Shown here piece by piece: positions 47,106 to 55,560 of a DNA stretch of 64,000 nucleotides; position 1 is the first letter of the stretch; each line of letters starts with the position of its first letter. Source of the stretch: Candidatus Latescibacterota bacterium (lineage in GTDB: Bacteria; Latescibacterota; UBA2968); NCBI GenBank assembly GCA_965205975.1, contig OZ242195.1, forward strand, positions 4,992,001 to 5,056,000, in the 5' to 3' direction. Position numbers and translations under genes: made by a program. The notes under the pieces were generated by a model. It saw nothing but the letters and a program-made list of their open reading frames with translations, was not told where the DNA came from and searched no databases.

Positions 47106-49400
47106 GTGACCAGTTTCTTTGATTTTCTTGTGATGTCGTTCCTGTTGTTAGCGCCTATGCTAATGCTGGGGCTATTTCTTTCTGGTCTGATTCACGTATT
47201 TATCTCGCGTGAGGCCATTTTGCGGTGGTTGCGCGAAGATAGCTTGAAATCCGTGAGTACGAGTGCAGCCGTTGGCGTGCCCGTGCCGCTTTGCAGTTGC
47301 TCGGTTGTGCCAGTAGTTGCCGAGATGCGCAATAAGGGCGCGTCCCGTTCGTCCTGTATGTCTTTCTTGATTACGGCACCGGAGACAGGTGCGGACTCGA
47401 TTCTGGTCACGAATGCGTTCTTTGGATTCATCGCTGCTATTGTCAGGCCCTTCATCAGCTTTATTACCGCGGTCGTTGCCGGTATTTTTTGTATCGGTCT
47501 CATACGAGATGATAGCGACGAGGCCAGGGCGAGAGAGCACGACCATGATCACGACCATGACCACGATCATGACCATGACCACGATCATGATCACGACCAT
47601 GACCACGATCATGACCATGACCACGATCATGATCATGGGCACGAGCCTCTGGTGCCTGGAAGCGACGATTGCTACGTCAGTCCTTCACAGTTGAAGGCGT
47701 TGTTTTATTCCTGGTTGAAGGGACTAACTGAGGCGGTTAGCCAGCACAAATTCGGATCATGGGTGAAACCGGACTTTTATCGCGACATGCTTCCGGCTGA
47801 AGACAAACAAACTTCTGAGGATGATCCGTCCAAATACAAACACGATCTGGATTTTAAGGAGATCGTCAGGCATATTTTCCGCTATGGCTTTGTCGAGATA
47901 GCGGACGATATTCTGTTTGCGCTGCTCGTGGGCGTCGCACTGGGAGGCGTGCTCTATCTGGCGATTCCGAGCGACCTGATGTCCAATGAGTATGCGCGCT
48001 GGTTGTCCTACCCCGTTATGGTGCTGGTTGGTGTTCCTCTTTATATCTGCGCGTCCGCGAGTACCCCGATAGCTGCCGCGCTGGTCGCCAAAGGATTTAG
48101 TCCTGGTGCGGCACTGATTTTTCTCATGACCGGACCGGCGACCAATACGGGTACTATTGCGATTATCGTCAGTCAATTCGGGGCGCGCTTTGCGACTATC
48201 TATGTGTCAGCGGTGATCGCAGTGACCGTTGCTCTGGGCATTGTGATTGATATTGTGCTTCTCGCCATCGGCGTGACGGTTCCCCTGTATCTCGGTCCTT
48301 CGGAGTCAACGACTATTCAGCTCATACAATGGGGCAGTGCTTTTGCCCTGATTGCTCTGATCATCTGGCGGTTCCGCGCAGGTGCTTTTAAGAGCGGCTA
48401 TGAAGATTTGTTGCTCAATATCCGCCCTGTGGCCGAACCCTGTAAAGAGTTCTGGGGGCGCGTGACGCGCAACCGGTCTTTTGTGGGCATTATCACTCCT
48501 TCCACGCCGTTGGGAAAGACGTTTTACGGTCTGCTGATCGCCCTGTTTCTCGGTAGCGGTTTTACTGTGATTCCTCCCGGGCATGTGGGCTACGGTCGTC
48601 TGTTTGGCGCGGTTTACTGGCGAGACCTGCAGCCGGGGTTGCACTATCTCGCGCCCCGTCCCTTTGTGCGGGTGGATAAATGGCCGGTAAAAGAAGTGAA
48701 GTACATTACAAATGCGAATGCGTACGAATTGATTTCGGGCGATTTGAATATCCTCTCTCTTACCATCAATGCGCAGTACCGCGTAAAGGATGCCTATACG
48801 TATCATTACCAGATCCAGAACCCGAAAGAGATCATTAAAGATGCCATTAAGGATCATCTGCGCGAGTTTGTATCTGCCCGCAATCTGGATCATCTGCTCA
48901 GTGTTCACCGCGCAAAGCTGGAGCAGCATATCAGAGAATTGTTTGCGGGCGCTGTCGAGGCGTCGCGCCCGGTGTTCGAGAGCGTTGAACTAATTGATAT
49001 AAATCTGGTGAGTGTTAACCCGGCGGCAGAAACAATGAGTGCTTTTCGGGAAATCTCGAGTTCTCAGGAGGATCGAGAGCGGATCATCATCAATGCCCAG
49101 CGTTTCCTGACGTCGTTAGTTCCCCGTGCACATGGAAATGCGATTTACGAAGTGGAGCAGGCAAACGGCGAAGCGTTCAGAAAAGTGACCACTTCTGCCG
49201 CTGAAGCAGATGCGATAAAAGTCGTGGCTGCGGCAGTGAATCGCGCGCCCAATGTTCTCCAGACCATGCTGTGGCGGGAGAAGCTGGAAACCGCGCTTTC
49301 TGGCAATGCCAAGATTATCGTTCCCAACAAGCGGAGCCTCGAAAAGGTCGCGCTGTGGAAGAGTAAGCCAGCGAAGACAAACGCGAACGCCCAGCACTGA
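47106..49400 (+). CDS. SO_0444/DUF318-type metal permease with His-Asp tract, fused to a C-terminal SPFH (HflK-like) domain
   Basis: GVPVPLCSCSVVP, FLITAPETGADS, PLYICASASTP, GPATN permease motifs; then GFTVIPPG..PGLHY..ISGDLN..QYRV..AFREI..PRAHG SPFH pattern; start uncertain (GTG 47022, GTG 47106 or ATG 47133). Confidence 0.8.
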   Translation: MTSFFDFLVMSFLLLAPMLMLGLFLSGLIHVFISREAILRWLREDSLKSVSTSAAVGVPVPLCSCSVVPVVAEMRNKGASRSSCMSFLITAPETGADSILVTNAFFGFIAAIVRPFISFITAVVAGIFCIGLIRDDSDEARAREHDHDHDHDHDHDHDHDHDHDHDHDHDHDHDHDHGHEPLVPGSDDCYVSPSQLKALFYSWLKGLTEAVSQHKFGSWVKPDFYRDMLPAEDKQTSEDDPSKYKHDLDFKEIVRHIFRYGFVEIADDILFALLVGVALGGVLYLAIPSDLMSNEYARWLSYPVMVLVGVPLYICASASTPIAAALVAKGFSPGAALIFLMTGPATNTGTIAIIVSQFGARFATIYVSAVIAVTVALGIVIDIVLLAIGVTVPLYLGPSESTTIQLIQWGSAFALIALIIWRFRAGAFKSGYEDLLLNIRPVAEPCKEFWGRVTRNRSFVGIITPSTPLGKTFYGLLIALFLGSGFTVIPPGHVGYGRLFGAVYWRDLQPGLHYLAPRPFVRVDKWPVKEVKYITNANAYELISGDLNILSLTINAQYRVKDAYTYHYQIQNPKEIIKDAIKDHLREFVSARNLDHLLSVHRAKLEQHIRELFAGAVEASRPVFESVELIDINLVSVNPAAETMSAFREISSSQEDRERIIINAQRFLTSLVPRAHGNAIYEVEQANGEAFRKVTTSAAEADAIKVVAAAVNRAPNVLQTMLWREKLETALSGNAKIIVPNKRSLEKVALWKSKPAKTNANAQH
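47538..47636 (+). repeat. (His-Asp)16-His coding repeat with an exact 42-nt tandem duplication
   Basis: 33 codons alternating CAY/GAY; 47544-47585 identical to 47586-47627. Confidence 0.92.
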
Positions 49401-49415
49401 TAGGGAGAAAAGATT

Positions 49416-50303
49416 ATGACTTTCAAAAGAATTGTCACAGCCATTGTCGTAGTTTTTGTTGGTGTAATTGCGTATAGCTGTTTTTACACCATACATGAGA
49501 CCCAACAAGGCGTGTTGACCAACTTTGGCAAAATCTCGCCGCCCATCAAGGGACCCGGGCTGCATGTCAAATGGCCGTGGCCAATAACGAAGGTGTACAA
49601 GGTTGATCGGCGCATTCAGACCCTCAATGGCCTTACCCATGAGTTGATTACGGAAGACCAGAAGAATGTCCTGGTTGACGGTTATACGATGTGGCGTATC
49701 GATGATCCCATCAAGTATGTCGAAGCCATTCGAACCGATGTAAATGCCGTTGAGCGTTTGCAGGAACTCTATTTTGCGAGTAGCGGTATTGTCATCAGCA
49801 ATAGGGCACGCGATGCGTTTATCAGTCTGGGGCTGGAACACGAAGATCTGCATGAGGCGTGCCGCGAGATGCACAACAGGATCGCGCCAATCGCCAAAGC
49901 CAACTATGGGATTGAGGTGATACGGGTCGGTATTGTCGAATACACCTTGCCGGTGGAGAACCGCCCAAGCGTGATCCAGCGAATGATTTCCGAGCGTGCG
50001 CGCATTGCCACCCGCTATCGCAGCGAGGGTGAGGAGAAGGCGATAACCATCGAGGCTCTTGCCATCAACGAGCACGAAAAAATTATGGCCGACGCCCATG
50101 CAGAAGCAACGACGATTCTCGGCAATGCCGAGGCCCAGGCAATGGCAGTGCTGGGCAAAGCCTATCGGGAAGATCCGGAGTTCTACAAGTTCATCCGCGC
50201 ACTCGACAGCTACGATCTGATTATTGACAAAAACACGACGCTCATGCTGCCCGCAGATAGTGAATTATTCAAATATCTGGACAGCAAATCTATACCCAGG
50301 TAA
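49416..50303 (+). CDS. hflC: HflC-like SPFH protein
   Basis: single TM, PGLHVKWP, ITEDQKNVLVD, WRIDDP, RMISER, RSEGEE, DPEFYKFIRALDSY, SELFKYL. Confidence 0.85.
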   Translation: MTFKRIVTAIVVVFVGVIAYSCFYTIHETQQGVLTNFGKISPPIKGPGLHVKWPWPITKVYKVDRRIQTLNGLTHELITEDQKNVLVDGYTMWRIDDPIKYVEAIRTDVNAVERLQELYFASSGIVISNRARDAFISLGLEHEDLHEACREMHNRIAPIAKANYGIEVIRVGIVEYTLPVENRPSVIQRMISERARIATRYRSEGEEKAITIEALAINEHEKIMADAHAEATTILGNAEAQAMAVLGKAYREDPEFYKFIRALDSYDLIIDKNTTLMLPADSELFKYLDSKSIPR

Positions 50304-50312
50304 GATGGGGCT

Positions 50313-51635
50313 ATGACGATGAACGAACAACAACCATTACCGCGCAGTACGCGCATGATCTACGCCGCGTTTGATTTCGTTGGGCAGTATCCCAAAAGGC
50401 GAATTCTCACAGTGCTCGCCGCGATTGTCGTCGCTGTGGTGTTGGGCAGCGGGTTTTATATTGTAGAGAAAGAGGAAGAGGCTGTGGTTCTGCGTTTCGG
50501 GAAGGTAGTGGTGACGGATATCGGTCCCGGGATACGCTACTGCATCCCCATTATCGATGAAGTTCAGATTCGCAAGGTCAAACGGATCGTCCAGCATCAG
50601 ATAGCCAGTAAGAGCGGCGGCACAGCCAATTTTACAATATTGTCTGGGGACACGAACCTGTTTGAGGTGGATATCGCCCTTCAATACCGGATAGATAATT
50701 TGCGGAATTTTCTATACGCATCTACCGACCCTCTTCAGGTGGTCTCCATGCTCTTGCGGGAAGAGTTGATCAATATCATGGGACAAAATTTTATTGATCT
50801 AATCCTGACTTCCAACCGCAATATTATTCAACACCACCTGTTGCACGAGATTGCCGACCTTCTCGAAGAATATGACGTTGGCATAGAGGTCGTTTCTCTC
50901 AACATCGTTGATATAAGCCCGATTGCAGAAACGATTGCTGCATTCCGGGATGTCAACGATGCGATTGCCGAGCGTGCGCAAGCAGAGAGCAATGCCAACC
51001 GCACGCGGGAGAAGATGATCGCGCACAGCAGGGGACAGGCGGAGGCCGTGGTGATGGACGCCCACGCCAGGGCACGGGAACGCATTGTGCAGGCTCAAAG
51101 CAGTGCCGACGCATTCCGCGCTCTGCTCGTCGAGTACAAAAGTCAACGAACGCAAGTGGCTATCACGCGGTATTGGCAGCGCATGCGCACGATTTTCTCG
51201 GAAGCGAGTCTGTCGGCGGTCAATCCCCGCAATGAGGCGACAATCGATATCAATATGATAGAAGGTCTCGCGGCGCACACACCCGTGGACATGTTGCTGG
51301 ACGCGCCTTCCGGTGATGCTGTCGAGAGGCCCTCTTTTTCAACGGCGCGACAGAGGGATACACATAATTTTGAAAATGTCGAAGAGGACAAACACTTGCT
51401 GGACGGGCAATTCCACAAAAGGCGCGTGGAACGCCATCACCAGAGAGTCGCCAATATGAGATCGCTGATATTCGACATGCCCAGTGTATTTTCTCATGAG
51501 CACACGTCAACCCATCCCCTGACCACCGTGCGACAGGCAGACCAGCAGGCGGTGATTGAGACGAAAGCTGCAGAAAGCGTGCAGGATAGCAGCAAAACCG
51601 TGGATAAGGAGAAAAAAAGTGAGTCTGCTCAATAA
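50313..51635 (+). CDS. hflK: HflK-like SPFH protein with an extended C-terminal tail
   Basis: SGFYIV..VVLRFGK, LSGDTN, QYRI, AAFRDVNDA, SRGQA; about 120-aa low-complexity tail with scattered His. Confidence 0.75.
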   Translation: MTMNEQQPLPRSTRMIYAAFDFVGQYPKRRILTVLAAIVVAVVLGSGFYIVEKEEEAVVLRFGKVVVTDIGPGIRYCIPIIDEVQIRKVKRIVQHQIASKSGGTANFTILSGDTNLFEVDIALQYRIDNLRNFLYASTDPLQVVSMLLREELINIMGQNFIDLILTSNRNIIQHHLLHEIADLLEEYDVGIEVVSLNIVDISPIAETIAAFRDVNDAIAERAQAESNANRTREKMIAHSRGQAEAVVMDAHARARERIVQAQSSADAFRALLVEYKSQRTQVAITRYWQRMRTIFSEASLSAVNPRNEATIDINMIEGLAAHTPVDMLLDAPSGDAVERPSFSTARQRDTHNFENVEEDKHLLDGQFHKRRVERHHQRVANMRSLIFDMPSVFSHEHTSTHPLTTVRQADQQAVIETKAAESVQDSSKTVDKEKKSESAQ

Positions 51636-52860
51636 GCCCATATCGACGGGCATAGCTTCCTGTCTCATCCTGCTGGTGCTCACCCTGCCCTCTGCGGCGG
51701 CTCCGGGAATTACTGATAGTACGATCGTGTTCGGGCAAACCGCCTGTTTCTCGGGACCGAACAAAAATTTGGGTTTGTGGTATCGAGCCGGCATTTTGAC
51801 CGCTTTTCAGGAACAGAACGATCGAGGCGGGGTGTATGGCAGGTTGTTGAGGCTCATTTCTGTAGATGACGCGTACGAGCCTGATCTGGCAGCCGCGAAT
51901 GCAGAGATGTTCGCTTCCCAAAACAATGTGTTCGCCGTCATCGGCGGCGTGGGAACGCCGACTGCCAAGCGCATTGTACCCGTGCTGCGAACGGCTCAGA
52001 TTCCCTTTGTGGGACCGTTTACAGGAGCCGATTTTCTGCGCGATGCTAAAAAGTATCCAAATATCATCAATCTGAGGGCTGGCTACTTTGACGAGATCTA
52101 TGAACTGGTCCATCACATGATTGACGATCTCGGCAAAAGTCGTTTTGGCATTATATATCAGGATGATGCGTTTGGGCGTTCCGTCTTGAGAAACTACAAG
52201 GCGATTCTCGATAGTCGCGAACTTCCCTTACTGGCGAAGACCTCCTACTCGCGGAACACACATGCCGTCCATGCGAGCCTGTTCGCATTGGATAAAGCCG
52301 ATCTGGACGCTATCCTGATAGTGGGAGCCTATGCCGCCAATTCGGAAATTATCAATCTGGCCAATTCTCTGGGACATAAATACATAATAGCCAATCTGTC
52401 CTTTGTTTTATCTCGCGAACTGAAGAAGAGGATCAATACGCTGAGTGATAAAATTCTGGTGACCGAGGTGATGCCCGACGCGCAAGACCTGAGTAGTCAT
52501 GTCGTGCGACAGTTTCAACAAGCTATAAAATCTTTACCGGAAGACCACGCGCACGAATTCAATGAAGTATGTCTGGAGGGGTATATATTGGGTCGATATC
52601 TCATCGCTGTGTTGGAGCGTATGGGCGGTGAGTTGACGGGCGTGCTGCCAACGTCATTGCCACAGGAATACAAAACAGAAGTGTTGGAGCGTATGGGCAA
52701 TGAGTTGACGCGAGATCGGTTCTTAAAAGATGGCATGTCGCCAGCTAAGCCTGTCGTGATTGGCGATTGGGTCATTCATTTCAAATCCGGTGAGAACAGG
52801 GGTTCGAGCTACATCAGGTTGACCCATCTGGGTGGCGGTCATTCTGCAAAGGGAGAATAA
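51619..52860 (+). CDS. type I periplasmic ligand-binding protein (branched-chain amino-acid SBP-like)
   Basis: signal peptide, DDAYEP, GGVGTPT, GPFTGA, YQDDAFG; GTG start after AAGGAG overlapping the hflK end. Confidence 0.8.
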   Translation: MSLLNKPISTGIASCLILLVLTLPSAAAPGITDSTIVFGQTACFSGPNKNLGLWYRAGILTAFQEQNDRGGVYGRLLRLISVDDAYEPDLAAANAEMFASQNNVFAVIGGVGTPTAKRIVPVLRTAQIPFVGPFTGADFLRDAKKYPNIINLRAGYFDEIYELVHHMIDDLGKSRFGIIYQDDAFGRSVLRNYKAILDSRELPLLAKTSYSRNTHAVHASLFALDKADLDAILIVGAYAANSEIINLANSLGHKYIIANLSFVLSRELKKRINTLSDKILVTEVMPDAQDLSSHVVRQFQQAIKSLPEDHAHEFNEVCLEGYILGRYLIAVLERMGGELTGVLPTSLPQEYKTEVLERMGNELTRDRFLKDGMSPAKPVVIGDWVIHFKSGENRGSSYIRLTHLGGGHSAKGE

Positions 52861-52863
52861 TCC

Positions 52864-53355
52864 TTGAAGAATATAGACGAATTTTCTGTCGAAGAGATCG
52901 GCGAAGAGTGGTTGCGCGAGCTTTATAAGGTTGTTGCTCTGCGGCGCGGTACCATGTTCAGAATGATTACCGAGACAGCGCGCCTGTTGTTATTTGGCAA
53001 TGCGGGCGGTGCCGCGTTGATTATCGGTTTTATGAGTGCATCCACAGGTAGTGGTGAAGATCCCGCTTATCACTGGGCTTCCTTGCTGACACTGCTCATG
53101 TTTGCGGTGGGAACGCTTGGATCAGCTATGGCAATGATCATGGTCGCCGTGGTCTCGGTAAAAGAAGCTCACGGTGCGGAGAATGCATTGAAACGGTTTG
53201 TCGATGGCGAGATCGACCGAACACAGGTGATGTTTACGGTCGAAGAACAGACTTTTCGCCTGGCCAATTACGCCACGGCGTCCGGTGTGGTCAGTTCTGT
53301 GGGATTTCTACTTGGTGGATTGAGCAGTATTATTCTGTTGGTCCTGTTCTTCTAA
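52864..53355 (+). CDS. hypothetical membrane protein (3 TM)
   Basis: LLLFGNAGGAALIIG and two further hydrophobic segments; GGGAG RBS, TTG start 3 nt after the upstream stop. Confidence 0.65.
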   Translation: MKNIDEFSVEEIGEEWLRELYKVVALRRGTMFRMITETARLLLFGNAGGAALIIGFMSASTGSGEDPAYHWASLLTLLMFAVGTLGSAMAMIMVAVVSVKEAHGAENALKRFVDGEIDRTQVMFTVEEQTFRLANYATASGVVSSVGFLLGGLSSIILLVLFF

Positions 53356-53480
53356 TAATAGTCTCGATGGTAGGCGTACTGAAAGTGCCTGTATCTGTTT
53401 CTTTTTTCCATCCATTCCAATTCTTCACACCCATCCTAACCCAGATTACCATTATGAGCCAGGTTCCGATTTAAACCACT

Positions 53481-54356
53481 ATGGATTTAAATTTTTTGCT
53501 CCTTTTGTTGGGATACTCCCTCGCTATCCTTGCCGCGTCTTTGTTCGGTGGATATCTGCCGACAATCGTTACGATGACGCATACGCGCATCCAGATGGTG
53601 ATGAGTTTTGTCGCGGGTTTCATACTTGGCGTCGCGCTGTATCATCTCCTGCCGCACGGTCTGGTATTGATTCCCGGGCCGGATGCTGTCGAAAAGGCTG
53701 TGGGATTGATGATGTTTGGCATCATTCTGATGGTATTGTTGTTGCGTATCTTCCATTTTCATCAACACGAATTTGGCGACGAAGCAGGTGATTTTCACCA
53801 CGATCATGACCACGATCATGTCCACGAGCATGAGCATGCCAGTCCCGAGAGCAGGTTGATCGGTGTTTGTCTGGGGTTGGGGTTGCATACGATGACCGAG
53901 GGTATTGCTCTGGGTACCAGCATCCGGGTTGGTGAAATACATGGGGGCGAAGCCGGTTTAGCGGGTCTCGGGGTGTTTCTTGCGATTCTTTTGCATAAGC
54001 CACTCGACGCGTTTTCCATTATCGGTTTGTTGCAGGCCGCTGGTCATAGTCTCCGCACTCGTATAGCAGTCAATATCGGATTCGCCATGCTCTGTCCGGT
54101 AGTGGCTTTGTTGACTTTTTGGGGGATTGGGTTTTTGGGACACTGGGAGGAAGAGGTGGTCGGTTATGTGCTGGTTCTGGCAGCCGGCGCGTTTCTGTGT
54201 ATTTCGCTGAGCGATCTGTTGCCGGAAATCCATTTCCACAGTCACGATCGCGTCAAGCTCACTGTGTGCTTCCTCATGGGGATTGCGCTTGCGTATGGGC
54301 TGTATTTTATTGAGTCCGGAGCGGTGCACGGGTTAGAGATGCACGAAATGCATTGA
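53481..54356 (+). CDS. ZIP (ZupT)-family metal transporter with His-rich loop
   Basis: HLLPH, HFHQHE..HHDHDHDHVHEHEH, LHTMTEGIALG, LHKPLD, SDLLPEI. Confidence 0.88.
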   Translation: MDLNFLLLLLGYSLAILAASLFGGYLPTIVTMTHTRIQMVMSFVAGFILGVALYHLLPHGLVLIPGPDAVEKAVGLMMFGIILMVLLLRIFHFHQHEFGDEAGDFHHDHDHDHVHEHEHASPESRLIGVCLGLGLHTMTEGIALGTSIRVGEIHGGEAGLAGLGVFLAILLHKPLDAFSIIGLLQAAGHSLRTRIAVNIGFAMLCPVVALLTFWGIGFLGHWEEEVVGYVLVLAAGAFLCISLSDLLPEIHFHSHDRVKLTVCFLMGIALAYGLYFIESGAVHGLEMHEMH

Positions 54357-54385
54357 TGCAATAAATTAAGAGACGTTTGTATAAG

Positions 54386-54420
54386 AAAAGGCGGTCTATC
54401 AGGCGATGGATCGCCTTTTT
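54386..54420 (+). terminator. Rho-independent terminator closing the metal cluster
   Basis: aaaaggcggtctatc-aggc-gatggatcgccttttt. Confidence 0.65.
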
Positions 54421-54442
54421 GCCAATCCATAAAGGAGACGTT

Positions 54443-55450
54443 ATGGGATCGATAAAGGCAGCAGTAGTGGGGCTTGGGTTGGGCCAGCATTTTGTTCGTG
54501 GGCTGGCTGGGCATCCGGATGTGGATAGGATTGTCCTGGTAGATCTGGACGCCGATCGAGCCGAAATGGTTCAAAGGGAGCACGACAAGGTGGATGCCGT
54601 CTATGAGATGATTGAGGTTATGCTCGAAAAGGAGCGTCCCGACGCGGTGTGTGTCGTGACCCCCGATCATCTCCATCGGCCACATTCAACGGTTTGCTTC
54701 GAGGCTGGCGCCCATGTGTTGCAGACAAAACCGCTTGCGACGAATCTCGAGGATGCGCGTGCAATTTTGGCGGCGGCGAAGGCGGCGGGAAAGAAAGTGA
54801 TGGTAGCGCACGAGCGCAGGTTCCGGCCACGCGTCAAGCGAATCAAAGCGATTCTCGATGCTGGCGAGGTGGGCGATCTGATCCACCTCCGTATCGATGC
54901 GATCCAGGACAAACGCGGGCAGTTTGCACGTTCGCCGTGGTATGCGTCGGTAGAGGCGGGTCGGAGTGCTTTGAACGGTTCGGGCATTCACGAAGTGGAT
55001 CTTGCGCGACATTACGCAGGCCTACCTGTCGAGTCTGTGTGTGCGTTCGCCAATCGGCTCGGCAATCTGGCGTTCCCGAGAGATAAGACAACCTCCGCCC
55101 TGTTCCAGTTTGCAGGTGGCGTCGTGGGTCAGGTCACGGTGACCTACGAGGCGCGCTGGCCGCGTTCGAATTCTCTCGATGATACGTTCCGAGTGGTTGC
55201 TTCTGAAGGCATGATTGTAGGACCACATGTCTATCGCGAAGGGGCAGAGGACTGGGAAGATCTAAGCGGTTTGGACAACAGTACAGCGTCGGGGATCACG
55301 GGGGCCGTTCATGCGTTTGTCGATTCGGTCGTGAACGATGTACCGATCGCGGTGACCGGTGAAGATGCCTTCGACTCGCTCGCGGCGGCATGCGCGGCCG
55401 ATACATCGGCCGAACGGGGCGAGATGGTGCGCCCAGAAACGCTGGGTTGA
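54443..55450 (+). CDS. Gfo/Idh/MocA family NAD(P)-dependent oxidoreductase
   Basis: AVVGLGLG, VVTPDHLH, TKPLA, GIHEVD; AAGGAG RBS. Confidence 0.88.
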   Translation: MGSIKAAVVGLGLGQHFVRGLAGHPDVDRIVLVDLDADRAEMVQREHDKVDAVYEMIEVMLEKERPDAVCVVTPDHLHRPHSTVCFEAGAHVLQTKPLATNLEDARAILAAAKAAGKKVMVAHERRFRPRVKRIKAILDAGEVGDLIHLRIDAIQDKRGQFARSPWYASVEAGRSALNGSGIHEVDLARHYAGLPVESVCAFANRLGNLAFPRDKTTSALFQFAGGVVGQVTVTYEARWPRSNSLDDTFRVVASEGMIVGPHVYREGAEDWEDLSGLDNSTASGITGAVHAFVDSVVNDVPIAVTGEDAFDSLAAACAADTSAERGEMVRPETLG

Positions 55451-55457
55451 CGTTTAC

Positions 55458-55560
55458 TTATGCCCGCCACAATCTGCCTTTATCTGCCTTTATCTGCCTT
55501 TATCTGCCTTTATCTGCGTCCATCTGCGGATAATGTTCTTTTTATGCCCGCCACAATCTG
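55458..55560. repeat. 10-bp tandem array (atctgccttt)n flanked by 19-bp direct repeats
   Basis: ttatgcccgccacaatctg at 55458-55476 and 55542-55560; array 55472-55530 ends atctgcgtccatctgcgga. Confidence 0.85.

Noticed and set aside
41369..54442. Metal cluster as a mobile genomic island
   Set aside because: No integrase, transposase, tRNA target or flanking direct repeats seen
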